This document shows positions 35,210-49,419 of a DNA stretch of 64,000 nucleotides, in pieces. The stretch's first letter is position 1, and each line of letters begins with the position of its first letter. A model generated the notes under the pieces. It saw only the letters and a list, made by a program, of their open reading frames with translations. It had not been told where the DNA came from and ran no database searches. The position numbers and the translations under genes are program-made. The DNA lies in assembly GCA_030704615.1 (NCBI GenBank), contig CM060734.1, positions 10,788,001 through 10,852,000 of the forward strand. The letters are read 5' to 3'. This DNA comes from Takakia lepidozioides. Its lineage: Eukaryota; Plantae; Bryophyta.

Positions 35210-37955
35210 TGTCGCGCACCTCACTTCAATAAGCTCCCCTTCAAGTCATAGTTACTCGCTTTGATGCGCGCGCCTGACTCCCAACCTGGCCGCCCGGGCC
35301 AACTTGGAGCTTCGGCTGCTCACCGGGACATAACGGTCCCCCTTCGCTTCCCACTAAACCCTCCATCTATTTGGGACTAGGAGAATTCCCTTTGGTAGAT
35401 GGCAGTCCGGAACAGCTCCCCACTCTTTGGTCGCTTTCCGGCTCGCTCGCTTACTCACTAGTTTTTGGTCACCAACGGGCTTGCACCGTTCTCGGGGTCA
35501 CTACTCCCCTTATATATACTTCTGTAGCTGTCCGCGGGGGTTTCACAACCAGCCATGCCATTTTATGGCGAACCACCACGAAAACCCTCGACTCCCGGTG
35601 ATGAGTCGCGGTGAGTCTTGGCCCACTCACTACGGCCCCTATGGACCATGATGAGTCCCAAGACTCCCCACGACTCCCACCACGAGGTCTCCGCCCCCAT
35701 GGTGAGTCCTATGCCACCCCCACTAAGTCCCGCTAAACTACCACCACCCCTTGTGGAGCCACCCCCACCGCAACCTGGTGTGCGGGGCTCCACCTAGTGA
35801 GCGCCTCCGCCTCCTTGGGTGCCTTGGGCACTCAAGGGTGCTTCAGCCCCCCCATACCTATCGCTGCCGCTGCCCCCACCACAGGGGCAACCCCTCATGT
35901 GTCCCGACCCCCTTGCCCTCAAGGCAAAGGGCCGCGACACACACCCCTACCAACAGGGAGTCGATGTCCTCATCGACTTGTTCATTTTGTAGAAACGAAC
36001 ATCCAAGTTGTGGCGTCCCACATCAAGGAGTTTGTTTCCGTACCATGGCGTCCCATGGCAAAGAACCAAACCCTACACTTGACTCTACTCTCCACTAGCT
36101 AGTTCGGCCGACTTCCTCCAAGTCCCGGCCAAGGGTGGAGCCTCTCCAGCTCCTCCCAGTGCACTCTTCTTGGCCTACTTCAAGGCCAAGGAACGCTCCT
36201 TCCCGAGGATCGAATCGCCTTACTGCAACAACATTGCTTGCGATCGCTCATGATGCCGCTTTTGGCATCACCTTGAGCAAAGGTTCACCTGGAACCCTCT
36301 TTGACTAGGAAGATAACCTTGAACCAACCGTGCGCCCCAATCACTACAATTGGGTCCGCCTTGGAATGCTGGCCTGAGGTACGGGAACACGCCGAAGCCG
36401 CACTACGACTTCGTCCCGAGGCTACACGATTATAGTACGTGAACGGAAGCACGTAGCTTCCACGTTAGCCCGCACTACAAGGCAACCCCCTCGGTAGCGC
36501 AGTTATAGTACGCGCACGCGCCAGGTGCGCACTAGCACGTGAACTCCCAAAGAAAGCGCAAGTTTCCTTGCCCCTTGGATGGGAGTCACCCGATTTCGGC
36601 ACTGCGCAAACACACGATTAACCCAATTTACCTCTCCCGCTTTTGTAAGCTAGCATGCCTTCTACACACTAGCCAACCATACCATGCATCGCCATTCCAA
36701 ACAAAAATAGGAAGCACAACATTTTGAAACATTTCATTTAAAGCAAATTTTGTACAATACAAGTTTTTGCAATTGGATTCCTGAGCTAGCTAAGCCGGGC
36801 TAAGCATGCATTTCCTCCCCCACGCTCCAATGTTGATGTCCCCATCAACGCTTCTTCCGCTTTTGAGGTCGCCCTTCGAAAGCTGCAACCGCCTCGGATG
36901 CGTTTCCCATTTCTGAGGCACGCACCCAAGATGCCTCCACATGATGATAGCCCTTCCATTTGACGAGATACTCCGTTTCTCGGTTCCTGAACCTCCTCGA
37001 CTTAAGTATTGCCTCCACCTCGTACTCAGGTTCATTTTCATGATCCAACAGCATAGGTGGTGGACGCAACACTTGATGCCGATTCGGACGCGCTTCATCT
37101 TTGAAGTAAGGCTTCAAAAGGGATACATGGAATACTGGGTGCACTTTACTGTTTGCCGGCAGCTCCAATTCATACACATCCTCATTCATAACCTTCCGAA
37201 TGCGAAAGGGTCCCGCATACGGAGGTACGAACTTCGGACTCACTTCCGGAGGTAGTCGGAAATTCTTGATGTTCAACCAGACCTCTGTGCCTGCCTCAAA
37301 CTTCACTTCCCTCCGCTTCCAATTCGCCTGTCTTTCATACCGTTTCCTAGGTTTGGCAATATTGTACTTTGCGAGCTTCAACAAACGCTCGCGTTCTTCC
37401 AGTACCGCCGCTACTGCCGGTTCCTCAACGTCCTGGGCGGCCCAACTTGTCGGCACCAGAGGTGCTTTTCCATAGACCAATACGAAAGGGGAAACTCCCG
37501 TTGCAGAGTGTTCTGTGTTATTATAACAGAACTCTGCCGCGTCTAAGTGTTCCACCCAGTTTGTTTGGTCTGCCGACACGTAATTCCGCAAGATCTGCTT
37601 CACTACGGAATTCACCATTTCTGTTTGGCCGTCGGTCGTAGGTCGGAAGGCAGTGCTCATCTTCAGCCTCGTCCCCATCTTCTTCCAAAGTGCCCTCCAA
37701 AATTTACTCGTAAACTTTGGATCGCGGTCCGAGACAATATCCTTCGGGACTCCATGATGTTTTAAGACGTGGGCGAAGTAAAGTCGCCCTGTCTCCTGCG
37801 CCGTTGCCGTCTCCTTGGTGGGGATGAAATGACCCATTTTACTGAACCTATCCACCACCACCATGATTGCATCGAATCCTTTTGACAGCGGCATAGCAGT
37901 CATGAAATCCATCGAGACGCTTTCGCAAGTCCCCTTTGGAATTGGCAAGGGTTGC
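35210..37955 (-). mobile_element. Ty3/Gypsy chromovirus 3' half: integrase with chromodomain, PPT and 3' LTR (35210-35939)
   Basis: ORF 36845-37987: SMDFM…VVVDRFSK, IVSDRDPKF, TDGQTE, GPF, HPVFHVSLLK, chromodomain YEVEAIL…YLVKWKGY…SW. LTR TGTCGC…GCGACA is closely similar to 20784-21496; GGTAGGGGTGTG PPT-like tract is adjacent. Confidence 0.93.
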
Positions 37956-38507
37956 CATCCCCCCCACCATTTTACATCCACCCTCATAGCTCCAGGCGCG
38001 CCAAAACTTTATCACTTATTTATACCCACCACAATATAAGACTATTTACCCCTATATTATACAACTATCATACTATCCTCTTACCCACTCTTCCCTTGGA
38101 TCTCCCTACTTCCAGCTATGCCGCGCCCAAAATTTTTACTTGTTTCACTATACCTAGCAATATTCTCCATACCATCCACACCCTAACTTCACCAAATTTT
38201 GTCTATACCAGATACCCACTATTCCCACCACCAACCCATAAAAATATCCCTAGCCCACATTACACCCTACAACACCAATGTTGCAACGTACATACCTACA
38301 TACATCCCACCTGATGTTTACACCCAGGCAGCCCCCCTCATCTGTGCTTATAATAATCACACCCAGGTCCTCCTCACTCCCCCCGTGTACCCCTCACACC
38401 AACTTTACACACCCACAACGTATACCCCCTACCCGCCACATCCGACCACTTCTTCTTCTCCCACCCCAATACTTCTTCTGCGAATCCATTTGGCTTTTAA
38501 CACTACA

Positions 38508-38940
38508 TTAGACGGGACCTCTAGGTGCTGTCCAAATGTTCCTGTCGGATCTCCAGGAATCCTCTTTGCACCCGGGTTCCTCTTCAATCCTCCGCCTCAC
38601 AGGGCGAGTACGGACGTCCCCCTCTAAGTGTTCACCTCTGCGGTGCAGAGGCATCCCTTTGATCTTCTCTCGCAATGCTGTCGCCCATTTCAGTGGATTC
38701 TTCGACCTCGAAGCTGTTCGTACCAACAATTCCTCCGTGTCCGGCCCAAAGCCCCATTGTTTGCCGCTCAGAAACTTGTAATACCTGGCTTGCTGCATGA
38801 TTGCTCTGTCGATGTCCTCCGTTGTGGCCGTCACTACGTCCACCAGATGTGCGGCAGAAGACGCTCGCCAGGAGAAGTGGACTGATTCTGCCATATTTGT
38901 GTTCGGCATGTCCGTGTCGGAATCCAGGCACCGCTCCTAC
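38508..38940 (-). pseudogene. Exon fragment of a second, diverged copy of the MULE transposase
   Basis: MPNTNMAESVHFSWRASSAAHLVDVVTATTEDI…RTASRSKNP.KWA.ALRE aligns with 33015-33440. Confidence 0.9.
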
Positions 38941-39049
38941 AAGGACAGAAACAATAGTGAGGGAAAAATGGAAAGATCCGTAGTAGAACGACAACACCCA
39001 AGATAGAAACCAGGGAAAAACCCTAAATCACCCCCAATTCACCCCCAAA

Positions 39050-41830
39050 AATGACCCCCCCCCACCACCCGCATTGCCACCCCAGGGCGTCGCTTGGGCC
39101 AGCGCCCTTGCGACGGGTTTTTTAGGCTTGCCACGGATCGGGGTCGCAACTAGCCACGGCCGAGCGTGGCTAGCAGCAACGCAGTGGCAAAGCCGGACCC
39201 CCCCGTGCGACGGGTTTTTCTTCTGTGCGACGTTCGGGGGTGGCTAGCTGCGACGCCTCGGTGTCCCTGAGCCCAACACAAGGCCTCCCCCACCTGTTTG
39301 TTTTTTGTAAGAAAAGACACCCAGCCACCCCCGGGCGTCGCAAGTAACCACGCCCTCGAGTCACACTGGGCGACTGCACTGAGGCGACGGGGTCTCCCCA
39401 TGCGACGTCGTGGCATGTTTGGCAGCGACGCCACTGGGTGGCTACCCCCCCTCCGCCACGTGGTGTTTTTTAGTCCGGGCATGGAAAAAAAAAAATATTG
39501 GTTGCCACGCCGAGCCGTCGCCCTAACCAACGCCGTCGCGGGGATGGTAGCGACGGCCGGGCGTGGCTACAAGGAGCCCCCCCCCCCCAGAGTCCCTAGG
39601 GTACCGCATCCTTTGTCTGGCACAATACCTCTTGTTCTTCAAGTTCTGCCCCACCATCTCCATCACCCTCGTCTCACTCCAATTGCCCGAAAACCGGCGG
39701 TCTAACTCACGGCATACTTGCGCTTCTAGCCATAGTGCTGATCACCCCGCTCGATGTGCCAAGGGAACCACGCCGCTGCAAGTTCGAAGGCTGGCCCCTT
39801 CATAGCCGCCCAAAACGCACCGCACGGGTCACCATGCTTATTGACCTCCACCGGTGGCACAACGATCTTTGCCAAGGCCACCTCCTTTATCCCCCAGGAT
39901 TTCTTCTTCTTCTTCTTCTTCCCACCCTCTCCCTTCTTTGCAGGCTCCTTCCCCACCTCCTTTGTTACCCCACTGCCCTCCCCCGCACGCACACCCACCC
40001 CGTCATCTCCATTCTTCCTCTTCTTCTTCTTTTCCTTCCCCTTCTCCACGACTACCTCCTTCCCCTTCCCCGCTACTTCCTCTCTCTCCTTCTCCCTAGG
40101 GTACCCCCGGGTACCCTAGGTACCTAGGTACCGCTATCCTATCTACTACTTCCCCCTGGTTACCCGGTGTCCCCTGGACACTCGTTTCTTTATAGGGCCC
40201 ACCCCTTGCCCACACTACAAGAAAAGGGGGGGGGGATTAGTGACGCCGAGGAAACGGCGCAGCCACGCCGCGACATCACTAAACGCCGCTTTTGAGGCAG
40301 AGGCGCAGGCGCCCTTTTGCCACGCCCAGGCGTGGCACGACCGTCCCCGGGGCGTCACTAATCGGACGTCGCATAAATGCGACGGATGGGGGTTGTAAGC
40401 CGCTACCCTCCTCCAGTGACGCCCCGCCGTCGCTTCTTGGCCATCGTGGCTACAATATGCGTAGTATATGACGCATCAATATTTATATCGTAATTTGGTT
40501 TCATGTATGCTTACCAATCATACTATATTATTAGATATACCAAATGTACTATGAATGAAGGTTAATGAGAGGGGGTGGAAAAAGACTCACCTTTGCCGCA
40601 TCGGCAATCAAGTTCCTCGCGTAAAGTTTTTTGACAATATGCGGTCGACGCCTCAGTGGTCTGGTGCCGCCCGGCGGTATCCGTGCCCAACACTTGGTGC
40701 ACCAACACTCAATCCGGTCGGGGGGGTCAAAGGTGGACGTGCGTGGGCGTTGTGTCTCTGGACTAGCAGGGCTCTCACCACTGGGTGGTCCGCGAGGGGG
40801 CAACCCGCGGCGCGCCCGACTCGATCCCGGAGTGTCAACATCCTCCGCAACACCTGAAATTTGATCCCGGTCCCTTCTACGATTGGGTCCACCAGCCTGT
40901 ATTGGATTAGGTGCAACGGGTTGCTCCTGACCAGGAAACACGGTTGGAATTGGGCCCTATTCGATCTGTGGCACCGCCTGCCCATCCTCGAGGGAGACGG
41001 GTCGATGTTTCCTCACCATCGCATCCTAATTAACACACACCACCCCCACTTTCATTTCTCAAAACCCGTTGGCAGAAAAACCCTATGTCCCTTTTCCACC
41101 CTACGACAGCAAGGGGTCGCTATGCCCCAACGCCGGGAGGCCGTAGCGACCCTCACAAATTCAAACTCCAAAACCCAATATCAAAAAAATATTGTAAAGA
41201 AAAAAAAAAAAATCCCAAAAAGACCAGTCCCACATTGCCCAAGGGCCTGAGCCTTTGCCTCAGCCTCAAGAATTTCAAAATTGATAAACAAAGGCGGAGC
41301 ATCCCTCTGGTGAGAGAACCCAAGACAATAAATCCTCCTCACATTCTGTCTTCGGGTTGCCCATGTCATGGAAAAATTTACTGAGACCCAGCGCTTTGCG
41401 CTTATCAGATTGAACCACTTTTTGGATGTGTGAATCCTAATTAAACCGTTTATCCTTTGAACCCCAAGACCCACAACCAAAACCTAGCACCATAAAGAAA
41501 AACCAACACCCTAGCCCAGAACCATAAGGGAACCAAAAAAACAAAACAAAAATCCCTAAAAACCCTAAAAACCCCAAAAGGCCCTAAACCCTAAACCTAC
41601 AAAGTCACCCCCTATTGCCTAGCTAACAAGGGGGAGGTTGGGGTTGCCACCCCCTGCCGTCGCTCATTGCCACGTCGCAGCATCGCATCTTGCGACGCGT
41701 TTTTCTGCTGTTGCCATGCAAGGGGGTTGCAAGCTGCGACGGCCGGCCGTGGCAACCCCCACTTTCAAATTCAAAAATAGGGCGCGGCGCTGGCGTGGCA
41801 CGTCGGCGCCGCGCCATTTTGTTTTTCCTA
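39050..41830. mobile_element. Nested CACTA-type remnants, with a terminal CACTACAAGAAAA at 40213
   Basis: Canonical CACTA TIR at 40213; GCGACG/CGTCGC subterminal repeats at 39080-39560, 40240-40450 and 41650-41820; short minus-strand ORF remnants (39726-40049; IECWCTKCW near 40700). Confidence 0.65.
41225..41460 (-). mobile_element. Short fragments of the LINE family seen in the BIG intron
   Basis: FSHQRDA…FINFEILEAEAKAQAL matches the C-terminus of ORF 3514-6150. Confidence 0.7.
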
Positions 41831-42459
41831 AGTGTTTGAAGCACCTGCTCTCCTCCCCTTCCCACCCCCCCCCTTGTTTTTGTTTGCTCTTTGGGAGAGA
41901 GAGAGGTGGGACTGTGGGGCTTAGGGTGGAGGAAGCTTACGTGCAGAGGTAGCCCCGGGTGGTCGCAACGCAGAGACGAACTCGCCCCAAGCTGCTGATG
42001 CCGCTCCAACGCCGCGCCGCGCCGCGCAGGTATGTTTTGCCTCCTTCCGCTCTTTCTCTCTTGCTCTCTCTTTCTCTCCTGTGTGCCAGAAACGTCGTGG
42101 AGAGGCGTCCGCAAAGGAAGCGGAAGGAGAGAGAGGGGCGTGGGGGAGCGGGGGAGAGAGCGCTGCAGCGGCGGGGAGACGCGCTGTTTGCAGCAGCCAT
42201 GGCGCCGAAGCAGCAAAGGTAGGTTTTCTTTTCTCCCTCTCCCTCTTTAGTTAGTTTTTTATTGTGGTGAGTGAAAAAAAAGAGGGAGAGAGAGGGAAAG
42301 AGGGGAAAGAGAGGGAGAGGGACAGAGGGAGAGAAAAGAGAGTGAGGGAGAGAGAGGGAGAGACAAGGGAAAAAAAAAAACAAAAAAGAAGGTGGGGGGG
42401 AGTGACTGAGCTGCTCAGTCAGTCCCCCCCCACCTTCGTTTTTTTTTCTTTGTTGCCCC

Positions 42460-43030
42460 CTCTCTCCCTCTCCCTCTATAACTCTTTGGATTTCATCTGG
42501 CCTTAACCTTTTTGAGGCTCGTTATTTGGTTTTTCATCCCAATCTTATTTTATCCAAATTTGGCTGTTTTTATTGTAGGATGATGAAACTTAATGTACAG
42601 AAAGCTTGGTCTACCATTTGTTTCTTTCATCTAAACTGGATGAACTACATGAATAATGGTGACCTATTTTAATCCAAGAGATAGTAATTTTACCATCATT
42701 TATTATAAATGATGGCAGTAATTAAACTTGAGCCTATACCCTAACCCTAAAAGATATCTTTTTATTGGATGTCATCCATTGACAAAGTGCTTCTCGTGCT
42801 AAAATGCGACTTTTCGTCCACCCTGGATGAGAAATCGAGGAGCTGTGCCCTAAGCAGGCCGACACATTTCACAGCACATAACTCGTGCTTCAGGGATCCT
42901 TGATGATGCGCCGTGTAAATCTGCTGCCCTGCTGCTACATGGTACTCGTAATGGCTGGCTCTTGGGATGCGCATTGGCGGTTAGGTAGATTCCTCTCTGG
43001 CAGGCGACAAAGCGATGATCGCTTTGCTCA
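42460..43030. repeat. Dispersed duplication, second copy at ~45510-45965
   Basis: CTCTCCCTCTATAACTCTTTGGATTTCATCT…GGCGACAAAGCGATGATCGCTTTGCTCA occurs at both sites; the second copy lacks ~135 bp. Confidence 0.9.
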
Positions 43031-45392
43031 GACCCTCATGGTTCTTTTTTAATTTGCAGCGGCGCTTTTACTCCTCGTTGGGAAGAACTCTATCCCTATT
43101 TATCTACAGATTACATGTGGCTCTCTTTTTGTATGATCTATTCTCTATCTGTGAACACTTATACTTTGATTGCGTTCTATTGGAGACGATCTGTTGGATG
43201 CCATGGCGCAGGGCATACCACAAACACTCAAGGTTTTTTGAGTTTACCATTGCTTGAATTGTGATCTGTACATGCTTTAGAATTCAACACTGACATGGAT
43301 AACAACTGTGAAGACCTGCCACTCACCTGATGCATCCTCACTAACACACATCTTTATGTGGTGGTTTTTGGGACGGGCACAGGTGAGGGTCTTCACTTGT
43401 CTTGATTTCTTGAAGCTTGCAGTTCCTATTCTTGCAAATGTGGGTGCTGCTGTTGCCTGCTGCTGAGCCTCTTGCTGCTTCAAAACTGCCAGCATACGGA
43501 TGCAGACCTGCTTCAACTTGGCTCCAATGAGGATCTACTTCTGCTCCTTACCTTGTTTGTGGTTTCTTGCAACCATATCTACATGGCAGGAGGTAGGGCA
43601 GACATGAGAACTCATGGAATACAAATCTACCGATTTATCTACTGTTTTTTTCATGTTTCAATGTGGGTATAATGTAGCAGTCGGTACCTTGGCTGCACTA
43701 AAATTCGGCTCTACAATGAAACCTTTCGGCTGGTTATTAAGACGGATTGTTGTGCCTTACTAGACAACACACATTCTGCAAGACCTTCATTTCACTTTGA
43801 TTTCATATGATGGACTGCAAACAGGGTTTTTGAATTACCTTTCTACCCTGGCAAAGCTGTTCTTAAGACCTTGGAATACCACTCCAGACTTGTATCTGCT
43901 TAAAAAGACTCGGCCCTGTTTTTATTTTATGAATCCTGCTTGTGTCTTATGTCTTGTAAAATAGACATTGTGGTTATTTATAGACTACCAAGCATCACAT
44001 TGTTGGGCTCTTTTTAGACTACAAACTGTTTTCTAAAGTACCCCAAGTGATCTCTTGGTACAAAAAATTGGTAAGCTCTATATGGTCTCTTAATATACTC
44101 CCTATATTGTGCTTGCTTTGCATCTCCGCTGGCCTACAATAGAAATACCAGATCCAGATGTACCAGTATGGGTTGGCTGGAATATGCTTAAGACATGTAT
44201 GTCTTAATGTTTCAATTTCAATTTTAAGTACTATATGCTTGGCTCTGGAGATTTATCTCCAGACCTGCAATCTGGGTTTTTGAAATGAGATTACAATCTA
44301 CAAGTATGGTGATGAATGTTTGATGTCAACCCATGGTGCTTTCATGATATGAATGACCAGGAATCCCGCCCTCCCAGCCTGTTTTTTCAGATACCCTAAA
44401 ATGTAACGAGGTATTCAAATGAGATGGTTAAAAAAAAAAGGTTGTTAGATGGTGCCCTGTAAAGGGCTGCATTGTCTTTCAATGACAATGACCTTAGTGG
44501 TCTTGTCCATGTCCTAACATGACATGTATATCTTCCCTCTCTTTATCTGATCAGTGTACTTAGTGGTTTTTGTACTCACCATCTACCGTTCTCCTTTCTG
44601 TTTCACCTTCTCATTTTGATGTACTAACAATATTTTTTGAAGGGCCTTGGCAGATAGGCAACAAACACATTCCAAACTGGAATGATGAACTGAAAGCCCT
44701 GGGGTATGAATCTCCCTTGGCCAGGTATGATCTTCTCCAGCAATAGTATGGTTGATTGATTGGGTATGAAAAGTAGGGCATCCTTGATAATACCTGAAAT
44801 AAGCATAGAGCATCTAAAGGACTTCTGAATGCCGATATTATGAGCTAAGCCCTGGTAATACAGCTTATGGGAGTATGTGTACACCTTATACATGATCCGG
44901 TCAATGCACACTACTTTGTTAGCTAGTCTCCTGTAGCCGATGCCTTATATCAGAATCAGATACCTTATGATTGAGTGACTACCATGTCCTTTGATCAAGT
45001 GCTCCTATACTTCTCTTAGATATGGCTTTGCTCCTTGTGGCACCATAAGAAAATACCCAACTCTAATCTATTGCTAGAAGATGTTTTGTCTATATCACAA
45101 GCATGGTACTACAGACCTGAGCTGCTGCTGTATCTTGACAAGGTTCCTTGAACGAGGTTCCTTCCCTAGCCTGTTCTTCCCTGTGCAAGAACTTATTGAG
45201 AAACTGAAAGGTATTTTCTAAAAACTTGTACCTATCCAGAGCTAAGTATACCACTAAACTCTCTGTTCTTTTCTCGTGATACTATACCAGTTTTGCTATG
45301 ATACACTTTATGCCAATATTTCATTCATGACCCGAGGAAGAGAGGATGTAGGATTCTACTCCCTTGGATAATATAATCTAAGGATAGAACTA

Positions 45393-45485
45393 CATGGAAG
45401 AGCGGAACCTTATGAGAAGGGGTCTGGTATGCACTCCCTTAGAGGGTGAGTGCATACCACACTCACTCCGTAAGGTTCTGCCATG
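45393..45485. repeat. ~90-bp imperfect inverted repeat (hairpin)
   Basis: GCGGAACCTTATG pairs with CGTAAGGTTCTGC and TGGTATGCACTC pairs with GAGTGCATACCA. Confidence 0.75.
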
Positions 45486-48400
45486 CTAGGGGATTGGCTG
45501 GTGGGTCCCTCTCTCTCCCTCTCCCTCTATAACTCTTTGGATTTCATCTTGCCTTAACCTTTTTGAGGCTGGTTATTTGGTTTTTCATCCCAATCTTTTT
45601 TTATCCAAATTTGGCTGATATTATTGTAAGATGATGAAACTTAATGTGCAGAAAGCTTGGTTTATCATTTGTTTCTTTCATCTAAAAGATATCTTTTTAT
45701 TGGATGTCATCCATTGACAAAGTGCATCTCGTGCTAAGATGCGACTTTTCGTCCACCCTGGATGAGAAATCGAGGAGCTGTGCCCTAAGCGGGCCGCCAC
45801 ATTTCACAGCACAGAACTTGTGCTTCAGGGATACTTGATGATGCGCCGTGTAAATCTGCTCCCCTGCTGCTACATGGTACTCATGATGGCTGGCTCGCGA
45901 TGCGCATTGGCGGTTAGGCAGATTCCTCTCTGGCAGGCGACAAAGCGATGATCGCTTTGCTCATAGTAAGATGTTAAGACATAAGAGAGCTTACTGATGA
46001 GACGCGTCTCCTAAGTAAGCAGAATGCACCTTCTCCAAGTCATGTATGTCCTTCACCTGCCTCACACGACATTCAAAAATAGATCGCCAAGAAGTTAAAT
46101 TGAAAATACACTTGCAAGGCTCCAGCAGCAAGCTCCCTCCATGTGGTGCCAGCTGTGAGAATCTTTACTGCTATAAGAGGCCCAATCTGCATGGTGATGA
46201 GCCTTGCAAAGTCTAGAAGTTGTAGCTGTACAGTGTAAGACCTTCGGTGAGCACCTTGGCCAACATGGTCTGCTTCGCTGACAAGAACAAACAATCAGGT
46301 ACCTACTCTCTTTCTGCATTCCCCTAGGTTAATCCTTAGCCCATGGCACCTCATGAAAAAACAAATATAGATTATAAGAGACAAATCAATCTTCAAATCA
46401 GTATTGAAAGGAGATCAAGGCAGAACCTGGTGCTAGATGCAGTGAAGAAATTTGCTCCAAACAACATAGCGTTGCACTGTGGTCACCACATGGCCTATTT
46501 GCTGCCTGGCCCATCTCGTCCACAGACGTCTTAAACATGTTATACATACTCTCATAAAGAGCCACCTTGGAGGTCCAAGAATCACAATTTCCTTAATTTT
46601 GCAATTCAGTAGCTCGAAAGTGGATGCAGTTCAATGTCTGATGCTTGTGTAATGAAAGGCTCACCTAGGCGGTCATTTCCAGTTCAAACACACTAAAAGT
46701 TGAATTTTTTTGATAGGTAACTGCTGATTGGTTCATGGAAGTCCATGATAGCATATGGTATTGCCTGGGGAAATAGTCATTTTACTAAAACCGTGCGAGC
46801 AGACTTCAAGCCAAATGTGGTGAGCCCATACTGCGACATATTTTCCCATAGTCACTGGATAGCAGCTATTAGTCAACTGACCAGCAGACAAGGTGAAGAT
46901 AATCAATATAAGGGAAGAAGGCATTAAACATAGGCGCACAATAACCAGCCTTTCTCTCTGTTGTTGTACTACTATAAGCTGTCTGGGCCTCCCGTGCAGG
47001 TTCTAGACTTTTCCTGCTGAATCACATGTCTCAAAGCAAGCACAAGGGAAACACAAAAAGGATTAGAGGGCAAAATGTGACCTGAAGAGCTGTAGGGCAC
47101 GAAACTGCTCCTTCTGTTGCTGATAGTCTGGAAAACATCTGGCTTTGTCCAAAGAACATCCAATCACCTGCAATTCTCAGTTTTTCCCTACAATGTTTTC
47201 AAATCTACATTTATCTATTCATGCAAACTTTTTCTTCACCCACCGACATGTGGAGGATGGCAGAAGGAAGTTACTCGTGGTTCATTGTTACTGGTGGCCT
47301 TCTCCACAAGGAATTGACCAGGAACAATACCCTTTAGAACATGGCAATGCTGTAGGCCCTTGAAGAAAGGCCCACAGTGCTGGCAAAGTGGCCATCGGAC
47401 TGAAACATTAATCATTCAACTATGGAAAGCTAAGGTTGGTAGGATCTGTGTAGAAGAACCGTGGATAGCAACGAAAACAACTGCAAAGGAAGTTGGTACA
47501 CTTGTAGATAGCAAATCACCGCTAATATTGCTCGCATTTATGAGAAAGAGAACAACTGAAAGAGGGAACATACTGATTTGAGCAAAAGGTGGTTTTGACC
47601 CAGTGAAAGCAAGCTGCGCTAGAGGGACAAGCACCAACCTGAAGATAGCGCCACAGTAAGCTTAGACTTTAGTGCGCATCAAAAAGGAGAATATTGAGCT
47701 GTACAGACTCAGTGAACTGGATGTGAGGACCAGACTGAGAGGCCATTCCACCTTGTAGCCCAACTTGATGAAGTCAAATGCGTGAAGAGTGAAGTGTCAT
47801 CTGCAAGAAGCACTTGAGACCAAGTTTCATCACTCGCTGGCCTGTTTACTTCTCAGTCCTCTTCAACCACACAAGCAGACACCAGTGACGTTGCAACTCA
47901 GTCACAAAGCCATGCAAAGATGAAGAATGATTTTTCTGGTGCAGGTCTGGAGGTCTTCGATCTGTGAAAGGTTTATAGTCAAGGGCTTGGAGAGGAGAAG
48001 ACGACGAGAGAGATGGGAGTCAATTAGGGCACGTTGGAACGTCGAACCATGTATATGGATGTAGAAAGTTACAGTTGGATGAACATATGTTCCATCTTTA
48101 AATATTGAAATGTAGATAGATGAAAAACGGGTAGCAACTAGCAGGCAAGAATCTAGAAACCCCTAGAGAGGTGCAGCGCTTTAAGCAGTGGGCACTGACA
48201 ATCTTACACACAATGAAAAGACAGTGTTGTGAATTCTTGCTTTCCGAGGTTCAGATTAGAGTAGATGAAGGATAGAGCGGGTAACCTTTTCTAAAACTGT
48301 GGAATGATGAATGGTTGTAGGAGGGATAGAGGCATCTGAAGCTGTTATCGGATGTTGGGGTTGTTTGAATTACTGTAGAATTTGAGGAGCAGATTACATA

Positions 48401-49419
48401 TTCCTGAGAAATGGCAGTAAGGAAAGGCGTTGCCATAGTGGCCGAAGCTGTAGAGCGCTGGAGTAATGGCGGCGTGTCGACTGCCTGCCCAAATGGTGCA
48501 GGTGCGGCAAGGAGATTGGTTACTAATCAGTTCCAAGCTCACAGCTCTCAAGCGATTCCAGATGTACGTGCATCAACTAGTAGAGTTCATTCCAGTTCTG
48601 CATATACATGTCATTCCAGCCAAGAATATTGATATTGCAGTTATCACATGGTTATTTGGAGTCCATCTAATTTAGCATTTCTTGCTCGATCCAGTGGAAA
48701 TGAGAAGAGTCATGATTGTTGAAAAGGATGGAGAAGACCAATATTTGGCCATGGAGGTATCTGCTGCATATTCTTTTGTAGCTTGTACTAACATTTTTTG
48801 GATGGAAAATAGAAATAAAGTAGATACTAAACATTCAGGGTTTGTTTTGTTGCATTGCAAGGTAAGAACATGTGACTGTTAAACTCGTTGATAGACGTTT
48901 TCAATCATGTTTATAAGCTCTCTTTCTCTGTCAATGTCCAATGAAGTTCAAGTCTTAATTCTGCCTTGATCTATGGCTTCTAACTAAGATTGTTGAAAAA
49001 ACAAGGCATGGATCACATATTGTACAGGAGGCTCAGACACTGCTTGCCATAATTGAGACAAATGAAATAGGTGGAAGTGACAATGTCCACACTGTAAAAG
49101 AGCAGAAAGGGATAGAATTCAGAATGGCCATGGGGCTCCCCTGTTTTGAGAGATCATGTGCAGCTAAAAGAGAGCTGCGTGATGACCTTGTGGTAGGAGG
49201 TGGAGCTGAAGGGGGATGGAACTGCTACATGGAACTGGGAGCTACAACAAGGCGCAGACAGGAGACAAGAAGGATGAACTGGCAGGCATCCCTACTGGTG
49301 AACAGCAGATCACACATAGCAAATTGATGCTTGTGTGAAGAGCTTTCTAGAGGAAACTGGAAAGCCTGAACAAGTTGTTTATATCAAGTAAGTCCCACTC
49401 CTGGAGTGAGCCCCTCACA

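Noticed and set aside
20784-35939. A single intact LTR element bounded by the two LTRs
   Set aside because: PBS/gag and PPT/integrase lie outside the pair and there is no TSD.
41550-41600. Interstitial telomere repeat
   Set aside because: Only a few degenerate AAACCCT units; more like telo-box or low-complexity sequence.
43650-48900. Host genes among the short ORFs
   Set aside because: No coherent exon chain or recognisable domain; probably decayed TE or captured fragments.
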